A stretch of DNA of 64,000 nt from Eledone cirrhosa (taxonomy: Eukaryota): NCBI GenBank assembly GCA_964016885.1, contig OZ024745.1, forward strand, positions 21,390,001 to 21,454,000. The letters run 5' to 3'. A program made the position numbers and the translations under genes. The notes below the pieces were generated by a model. It searched no databases. It saw only the letters and a program-made list of their open reading frames with translations, and was not told where the DNA came from. The stretch's first letter is position 1, and each line of letters starts with the position of its first letter. This document shows positions 55,480 through 64,000 of the stretch, in pieces.

Positions 55480-55665
55480 AAAATAGTCAGGACCCCGACG
55501 GCAGAGCTCAAGCCGTTTCGACGGCTTGTCCAGAAATACCCAATGAAACGGCTTGAGCTCTGCCGTCGGGGTCCTGACTCTTTTCCTATTACCCACTCTA
55601 CTACCCAAGGTATCGAGTACTCTGGTGCGTTATGGTCCACCAGGTTCCTTACCACACTTCCTTCG

Positions 55666-55788
<123 letters not shown>

Positions 55789-55932
55789 CAGTTCGTCTCC
55801 GTTGATTTATTATTTTAAATCGATATGGACAAACTGTAGTATAATAATTAGTATACTTCAATCTGGCTAAATTTTTCTTTTGCAATATATATACAGATGT
55901 GTTGGTATCTGTGTTTCATCACATACATATTA

Positions 55933-56038
<106 letters not shown>

Positions 56039-56200
56039 TGTTATACTTTGGGAGGGTTATGTTGCCAATAATAATAAATTGAAGTGAAAGCAACTGGTGC
56101 GTGTGTTTCTTATTGGCAACATGACCCTCCCAAAGTATAGCAATATCGGTTTCAACACACGATTTCAGATAAAGAATCTTGCTAAACAAATTCAGAAACG

Positions 56201-56263
<63 letters not shown>

Positions 56264-56279
56264 TATACATATAAATATA

Positions 56280-56348
<69 letters not shown>

Positions 56349-56366
56349 TATATATATATATATACA

Positions 56367-56410
<44 letters not shown>

Positions 56411-56714
56411 CTCTTGTGAAGGGTGATAGGGCAAGTGGGCCAATCGCATTGTGGAGAGTGGAGCAGTGGAGCCTTACGCCCCGGAAAATTATTCGGCCTC
56501 CTCATCTGTGAGTGTGATATGAACTAATTTGAATGTAACAAAATGCACTTCTACAAACAGACCGTGCTTCACGTTTGATACCTCTCTTCACTGCATTTGA
56601 TGCCCTCCAACCCTATTTGTAACAACCTGGCCGCGGGCCTTCCATGATGACCGTTATTGGTTACGAAATAAATTTGAGAAAATAAAACCTAACATAATGA
56701 GATATTTAAATTTA

Positions 56715-57200
56715 TTTGTTAATCAATTCAATTCTTCATTTCTTATTTAGCAAATTCCTCGATCTCTTTGCTATAAAATGTATGGTGCACCATACTTTAC
56801 TTTCATTTTCTTCAAAAGGTCTTTCTTGATGGAAATAAAAATCAAATTACCCAATCTCCCTTCACTTTGAGAACGCCTCATATAATTGTATACTCTATTT
56901 AATGAAGAAAACGATCCGTCACATGAAGAAGATGTGGCAGGTATGGTCAGAATCGCGGTCCGTTGATTGTTTTCAGAGCAATTACGGAATTTAGGTTGTT
57001 CTTAGATATTTTGTGTCTTGTCAAAGCTGTAATGAAATTGTTCAAATCTCAGTAGCTGGTAGTTGTTCAGGTGTTCTTATGTTAACAAAACAATAGACAT
57101 GGGAAAGAGAAGAATTTCTTCAGAATCTTGTCATCCACTCATGCTGTCCATGCCACTTAATTTTCAGTTCAAGCTTTGGCTTCTATCTTCCAAGAATAAT
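56715..57200 (-). pseudogene. Decayed, internally deleted hAT-superfamily transposase remnant
   Basis: Manual minus-strand translation from 56953 gives ILTIPATSSSCDGSFSSLNRVYNYMRRSQSEGRLGNLIFISIKKDLLKKMK, which fits the hAT C-terminal dimerisation motif (xLTIPATSAxxERSFSxL). Upstream fragments WHGQHEWM and KFFSFPCLCF resemble a TTF-type zinc finger. Confidence 0.75.
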
Positions 57201-57644
57201 AATATTCTTCTTCTATTCGAAGCTTCTCGTTGCATAGTGTCGGAAAAGTAGAGAGAAAACTGAACTAGTACTGGGTAATAAACTTTTTCAATGAATCAAA
57301 GCTTTATTCTAAGAAAAGATTTAATTACTAATTTACTTTATTATGTAACTTTTTTTTAAAATAATTTCAAATTGTATTTTAAAGCAATGGAATGGATAGA
57401 CGGATGAAAGCTTTAAATTTTTAATCACAAAAAATAAACTTTGGCAGTGGCTCCTTTTCGCCCCTGGTGTGAACTGGTCAAGAAGAAAATTCTGAGTGGT
57501 GGTCACATGAGTGAATCTGGGTGTTGAGTACCAAATAATCGTACGAAATAAACCAGAATAATTAATAAAACAAACAAACAAATTGACTGAATAATCATTT
57601 TGCGTCTAAATCTGTTCGAAAGTTTTAAGTCCTTTGAATAGACT

Positions 57645-57748
57645 TTGCAGCATATAGTTACGGCCCTTTACATTATGCGTTCGAATCACACCGATGTCAC
57701 CTTTGCCTTTCATCCTTATGAGGGTCGATAAAATAAAGTCAAGTACTG
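57645..57748 (+). mobile_element. Degenerate SINE fragment
   Basis: GCGTTCGAATC (box B-like)...CTTTGCCTTTCATCCTTATGAGGGTCGATAAAATAAAGT matches the family core. Confidence 0.7.
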
Positions 57749-58259
57749 ATGTCTATATAACCGATTTTGAGAACATTGAATAGCGCTTTGTATTTCCTAT
57801 TTTCTATTTCTATTGCAACCGAAACCCTTAGGGGCGTCTCACCAGACGACCGACATACATACACATATTTATATATTTATATAGCCGTCTGTTTATCGCA
57901 GGGTTATATGTGATAAACAGGCGAAACTACAGAGTAACAAGTCTCACTGTTTAGCCTTAATAAAATGAATATATATATATATATATATAAACAAATAGTA
58001 GAGAGGAAAAACAATTTTTCAGTAGAAAATGTTGAAGATATTTTTTCTGTGAAATTTCAAAACATTAATTTATTTACATTACCGGTTTCAGCATTATATG
58101 CATTGTCAATTGCGGATATGCAGAATATTGTTAAGTTGCATATTTGTACAAATACTAGCAGAGAAGGATGGACAGAGAAATGAACTCTCTTCTATGAATG
58201 AACATGTATGTGAAAATAAATTTTTCTTCCCCTTTCTATTTTTATAATTATTATTATTA

Positions 58260-61043
58260 CAGTTGCATTTATCTTGCTTTATGTTCATACGAGTTATCAC
58301 CAAGTCACAACCAGTGACCTCAAGAGACAACAAGGTCCGCCATGTTCAAGAAAGAACATACATACTCACACATGCATCTTTAGTGTTTAGACTTGTGATG
58401 TACTTATATTGACAGAATCTTCCTTAGTATATGGGCAGTTCCCATTAGTACTATCTTTTGTATTTCTCCTATACGCGGGTTTCCTGGGATTTGCGATAAG
58501 TAATCATTAGACCCCTTAGGTATCATTCCCAGAGCGCCTACAACCACTGGTATTGTTTTAGTTCTCAATTTCCACATTTTTCCAATTTCTATCTCCAGGT
58601 CCGTATACTTGCTCAATTTTTCAAATGTTTTTATAGATACATTCTTGTCTATTGGAACAGACATATCAATTAGCAGGCATACCCTCTTTTTAAAGTCCTT
58701 CAATATTATATCAGGTCTATTTGCATCTATTTTTCGGTCTGTTTGGATGCTAAAGTTCCACAAGATTGAGATGTGATCTTTTTCAAGTATGGGAGGTGGT
58801 TGATGCTCCCACCAATTCTTTTGATGGGGCAGGTCAAAATGCTTACACATTATCCAATGTATGTATTGTGCAGCTCTGTCATGCCTGTTTAGGTATTCGG
58901 TTGGAGCTATAGGACTGCACATTGAAATTATATGGTGAATGGTCTCTGGTTGTTTTTTTGCATACACGGCATAATGGGCTGCATCCATTTTTTATTATGT
59001 TGGCTTGGTAATTTTGTGTTGGCAGACACTGATCTTGTGCTGATATAATCAGTCCTTCAGTCTCCGATTTCAGTCCAGAGGATGCCAACCACTGATGGGT
59101 TAAAGTTTTGTCAACATCAGGATTGTTAGCTCGCTCTGGGTATTTTCCATACAGAGGCTTTTCTTGCCATTTCTTAGCCAGTTTCTGTAGCAGTTCTTTC
59201 TTTGCAGTTACTTTTACCTGCTTTGCTTTTTCTGTGTTTTCCATTTCAGCAGTAAATGGGACTTCTGAAATTTGTAGTCCATTACTGTATCTTTGTGCAT
59301 CTTTTGTAATGGAATATGATCTTTTGATGCTTTCGTGTTTCAAAACGAGTTTGATCATCCAATCATGTGACTCCCTTAGATATGTAGATAATCCAATTGT
59401 TGCAGTTTTCAACGCAATGTCTAACTGGATTAACCCACGTCCTCCTTCTTTCCTAGGGAGATATATTCTATCTATATCTGCCTTAGGGTGATGCATTCTG
59501 TGCATGGTTAAGAATTTTCTAATTTTTGTATCGAGCCTACGGATCTCTGTGCTTGACCAGTTGATGACATTGTAACTGTAGGTTACTACTGGTATGGCAA
59601 GCGTGTTTATGGCATCGATCCTATTCCTTGCATTCAATTCCGTTCTTAAGATTGCTCTTTCTCTGCGGTAACATTCCTTCCTTATCCTTTCCCTCATTCC
59701 CTCGAGTGCTTGATTCCGTCTCCTTCACAAACACCTAGATATTTGTAAGTTTTTTCTTGATCAAGTTCTCTTATCACGTTCCCCCCGATCAAGATTAATG
59801 TCTGAACTCCTCAGCAGCTTTCCTCTGGTGAACGTTGCTTTGGCGCATTTATCTAGTCCAAACTCCATTTTAATGTCATCACTGAACTGCTCCACAGTGG
59901 TAAATAGCCCTTGCAATTGTTCATCATTTTTTGCAAATAGTTTCAGGTCATCCATGTAGAACAAGTGATTAATGGTTTTGTCATAGACTTTATATCCGTG
60001 TTTTGTTTCATTGAGCATTTTACTTAATGGTATAAGTGCGATGCAGAATAAAAGCGGTGATAAAGAGTCACCCTGAAAAATTCCACAATTAATATTAACT
60101 TCTCCAGCTTCCAGTGATTTTGTTTCACTATTCAAAAGGAGTGTCGTTTTCCATGTCTTCATACTGAATGACAAAAACCTCCTGACAACGGGGGATATTT
60201 TGAAAATCTCTAAACATTTTTCAATCCAACTGTGTGGCAAACTATCGAATGCTTTTTTATAATCTATCCAAGCAATCGATAGATTTTTGTGTCTATTATG
60301 ACAATCTTCCAGTATCATTTTGTTAACCAGAAGCTGATCCTTACAGCCATATGAGCCTCGTTTACACCCTTTCTGCTCAATGGGAAATAGGTCATTTGTT
60401 ATCAGGTGGTCATATGTGTATTCAGTTAGGACTGATGTTAACATTTTATACATTGTGGTCAAGCAAGTTATCGGTCTGTAATTTTTGGGATTGTTTGTCT
60501 CATCATTCTTCGGAAGCAGGAATGTAATGCCGTTAACTAGCCATGATGGTATCTTTTCTGGCTCCTTAACAATTTCATTGTAAAGTTGGGCTAACAGCTC
60601 ATGAGACTCTGTGAAGACATTTATCCAAAAAATTTGTATTTTGTCTTTTCCTGGGGATTTCCATTTGCTGGTTTTTCTTAGAGCCAAGCGCAACTGTTCA
60701 ACTGTTATATTTTCCCATATTTGTTCCTCAAGGTGAGCTGTATCTTTCATTTGTCTGTCTATCCATGGGGCATGTATGTTATGAACTTTTTCTTCGGCCC
60801 AGATCTTTTCCCAGAATTCTTGCACTTCCTCCTTGGGTGGTATTGATTTAGCAGTTATTGTTGACTTAGCAATTTTTCTGTAGAAGTTTCTTTGGTTGTT
60901 TTTGAACATATTATTGTCCTTATAGAATCTAGATCGTTTTACAAAGCGCCTTATACGAGCAGCTTTGGCCGACACTTTTTGCTTGATTATTTCTATCAGC
61001 ATGCCTATGTCACTTGTTGGTTTTATACTGTACTTTCTTTTCA

Positions 61044-61045
<2 letters not shown>
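58260..61045 (-). mobile_element. 5'-truncated non-LTR retrotransposon with restriction-like endonuclease, R4/Dong-like
   Basis: Encodes RT, CCHC knuckle and RLE in that order, then a short 3' UTR. On the element strand, (TAA)n lies at both the 3' end (58248-58259) and the 5' junction (61046-61101). Confidence 0.88.
58404..61044 (-). pseudogene. Reverse transcriptase / zinc knuckle / RLE polyprotein, frameshifted
   Basis: Motifs KSPGKD, NYRPITCL, WIDYKKAFD, GIFQGDSLSP, FYMDDLKLF, YKYLG (in a shifted frame near 59735-59750), GGRGL, AQDQ, CRVC..ETIHHIISMC, RHD, NRPDII..LIDMSVP..K. Frameshifts at about 59781-86, 59700 and 58953-59. Confidence 0.93.

Positions 61046-61101
<56 letters not shown>
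61046..61101. repeat. (ATT)n microsatellite between the two LINEs
   Basis: About 18 perfect units read directly. Confidence 0.97.
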
Positions 61102-61314
61102 GGCGACCTACGTAGTAAATCGTATCATCGTGAGCTCCGCAAAGGTTTGTTATTTCCGTTTGTTAAAAATTGCCATTTATAGAAAATGTTTATTGTTAAC
61201 TATATATAAGCGCACATACATTGTTTTCCGAAAAGGACACCCAAAAAGATTGGGGCCTTGTGCCCAAAATTTAAACTTTTATGATTATCAAAAAATTTCT
61301 TTGAAAAAGAAACA

Positions 61315-63181
61315 ATGGCTAATTCACCACTGCACTAAGCAGCTGAAAGCCTTTCTCACAAATTAACACCTCACACCGACACCACCATTGTAAATAATAT
61401 TACGTCTGCCAACACAGACAATTTAAGCACTAGCAATATTTTAAATTTGTATCAGGCAGACATTCATTTCCCACCATTACCAATGACTGCAGGTGTTAAA
61501 GCCGCCACCACCACCACCACCGCGACAACCACCACCACCACCACCACCGCCACCGCGACAACAGAAACAAAAGGAAAAAATAAATCAACTCGTGATGTCG
61601 AAATATTTTCAAAAATGGACTCTCCCAAACAGAATTTCACTGACGTCACCACCACCACAACTGAAACTAAAATTAATAATAACAAAAATAACGATAGCAA
61701 CAACAACAACAATGACATTAAAAAAACCACCCTCAGTTTTGCCAGAGTAGCAAAACAGTTCGAAGCATTTACGGTACCTCAGGAGGATTTAGAAAATGCC
61801 AAACAAATGGTAAAGAAAGATGGGTACAGGGTCAGCCTCACCCCACCACCTAATAAAATGGAGCATCGGCGCCTATGCACTGTGTCGTATCGAACAATAA
61901 ATGTAAAATCGCGCCGAGTGGAACGGGCATCCGAGTCCCAAATCCAAAAAGCTTTGGGACATGTGTGGGCAAGAAAAACCCACATCAGACGTGGGCAGAA
62001 GCATGGAACCGTGGACGTGTTCTTTGAAACACCAGAGGAGGCTAGAGAACACTCCATGGCCCCATTAAGAAGTGACGACTTCACACTCGTCCCAAGCTAT
62101 TGTGGCCAGAGACTCGTAAAGATCAGGGTGACCCACGTTCCACCGTCCATCGAAATTCCCTGGCTAATAGCGGCCGTCCTCGCCGGCATCGAAGCCAACA
62201 CAAAAATAATAGCAATAGCAAAGGAAAAGCAGGAGAACTGGTCCGGATCTGGGATGGAGCTCCTGATCCAAGCGGACCAAAAAAGCATTGAGGAGATCCC
62301 AGAGGTAATAGACCTCACTGACGGCAGCCACCTCACGGTAATTGTCGAGGGCAGAAGATCTAGATGTGTCGTTTGTGGTGAAGGAACCCACCTAAGGGCT
62401 TTCTACACTCAGGCTAAAAGGTTGAGGCCACCTCTCCTACCCACCCCAGTGACACAACCATCAACACCACCAGTAGCAGAGATGGCAGCAACAACTGTAG
62501 CAGCAACAACAGAAGCAACTATAACAGCAACAACCCCAGCAACAGTAGCAAAACCAACACCACCACCACCCAACGCTTCAGAACTAGCACCAGCGCCTAG
62601 ACCATCCACCGCGCCACAACCAAAACTAACGCCTGTGGAGGATTTTCCACTCCCCGGCCTATCACAACTGGAGACAGATTGTGACGACGAGGAGTGGGAA
62701 ACGGTATCAGGAAAAAAAGAAGAAACCAAAAAAGAAAATATTCTATTCCTCCCCCCCCCCCCCCCAAAAAAAAATACAGAGGGAAACAAATAAATTAAGA
62801 AACAAAAAAGTTAGGACAGATATGCCACCATCCACACCAGCATCACCAACCCCATCAACCCAAACACCAACACCATCACCATCATTAACCCCAACACCAC
62901 CATCACCTACACCACAAAAGTCACCAAAATGCGAAACAGAAACAAACCCACAACAAACGCAAACAAAACAAAACAACCAAAACGATACACACTACACAGC
63001 ATTAAATTTGAACAACAAGCAATTATTACACTACATCCAACACAACACCAGCATCACAGAAAAAGACTACACAACAACCCCAAAATTCACACCAACTCCA
63101 CACATACAAATCACTCGCATCACACAGAAAACGTACATGACACTAAAACAAAAATTCCCCAAAGACATCGGAGACTTCTGA
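61315..63181 (+). pseudogene. LINE ORF1 (nucleic-acid binding), disrupted
   Basis: ATG at 61315 is in frame with the 448-aa ORF but is followed by TAA at 61336-38. RRM-like region (GTVDVFF) and CVVCGEGTHLRAFY (CX2CX4HX4C with last C changed to Y). Pro/Thr-rich tail and EEWETVSGKK. Frame changes near homopolymers at about 62712-62775. Confidence 0.75.
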
Positions 63182-63317
63182 CAAGCACTCTCCAGGAGGA
63201 TTTATAAGGACATCCTTCCTGAGGAGGCCACAAGCAGTGAAAAGGATGGAAAAACCGTCCTTCCCCTACGAGAAGTAAGGTAAGTGGTCTTTCCCATCAT
63301 TTCCACTCCTTTTCAAC

Positions 63318-64000
63318 ATGACCTCACTCTGAATAGGCAGCATAAATGCGCGTGGCTTGGCGTCGTCATGGAAGCAGGGCCACCTGCTCAACGACCTCAG
63401 GTCACTAAACATAGATGTAGTGGCCATCAGCGAGACCAGAATCTCCGAAGCACGGGCCTTCGCACCGATCTTCGGCGGCTACGATGTGTACGCATCTCCC
63501 AGCCGTCCGGGATCGGGGGGAGGAGTTGCTGTGCTTTTTCGGAGAGGTTTGGATCTTGCCATACGGGCCATCTTCCTGGACCCAGAAGGTAAGTTGGTGG
63601 TGCTGGACGTGACCAGCGGAGACGGGCAAGCTTTCAGGTTAGTGGCCGTCTATGCCCCGACAGGAGCAGGGCGGCCTGATTTCTTCCGGCGTCTGGAGAC
63701 CTTTCTTGGAACGTCTCGCTCTTTAGTGTTAGTGGGCGACTGGAACAGGATCTTAGATGCACGCTGGGATTGTGTGGGATTAGTGGATAGGGAAGGAGGG
63801 TGCAAGAGTCTCACCAACCTGCTCAGACGTTTTGAACTGTCTGACAGGTACCGAATGGATTTGCCGAATGTACCAATGTGGACTTGGACAAATCGCATAG
63901 GGTCATCCAGATCATATTTAGATAGAGTATTTTGTAGGGAAATAGATAGGTCTAGCATAGGCTGTCCACAATTCAAGATAGTCAGCTACACGGACCACAA
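63318..64000 (+). pseudogene. LINE ORF2 N-terminal APE-like endonuclease (partial; absent from the ORF track)
   Basis: Manual translation: MTSL*IGSINARGL...DVVAISETR...GGGVAVLF...DPEGKLVV...VAVYAP...LVGDWN...WTW...SYLDRVF...YTDH. One TGA at codon 5 (63330-32), otherwise open to the window end. Confidence 0.92.

Larger units (their letters stand above)
61102..64000 (+). mobile_element. Tx1/L1-like non-LTR retrotransposon, 5' portion (runs off window)
   Basis: Begins immediately after (ATT)n. Contains a 5' UTR, an ORF1 with a gag-like knuckle, and then an APE endonuclease ORF2. Confidence 0.85.

Noticed and set aside
57015-57025. 11-bp match to the satellite reverse complement (TGTCTTGTCAA)
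   Set aside because: Too short to exclude chance and does not extend.
59108-63976. Antisense or alternative-frame ORFs over the two LINEs (for example 59108-59491, 61779-62084, 63284-63592, 63650-63976)
   Set aside because: They are shadows of the RT, ORF1 and APE frames, which carry the conserved motifs.

Overview
Eukaryotic, repeat-rich DNA with no supportable host protein-coding gene. The tRNA-derived SINE and dense (TA)n tracts look like an octopus/cephalopod genome; that is from recall and not verified. Bases 1-44,502 are one uninterrupted tandem satellite of about 1,085 copies of a 41-bp monomer (GAGGGTATTGACAAGACAGTATTTGACCATAGGTCTGTTGT) with nested higher-order duplications from 164 bp to about 14.8 kb. 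Every ORF-track entry there is a translation of its stop-free minus strand. The last 19.5 kb is a transposon and microsatellite patchwork: six SINE copies, a pogo/Tigger-type MITE, two probable tandem non-autonomous Helitrons, a decayed hAT transposase, a 5'-truncated R4/Dong-like RLE LINE (minus strand), and the 5' part of a Tx1/L1-like APE LINE (plus strand) sitting head-to-head with it on one (ATT)n tract. The least obvious signal is two unrelated short elements inside (TA)n tracts. Each carries an inverted pair of minimal type I hammerhead ribozyme motifs with the compensatory U3-A8 core. One of them reads as a 319-nt tandem or circularly permuted unit, resembling a retrozyme or Penelope pseudo-LTR.
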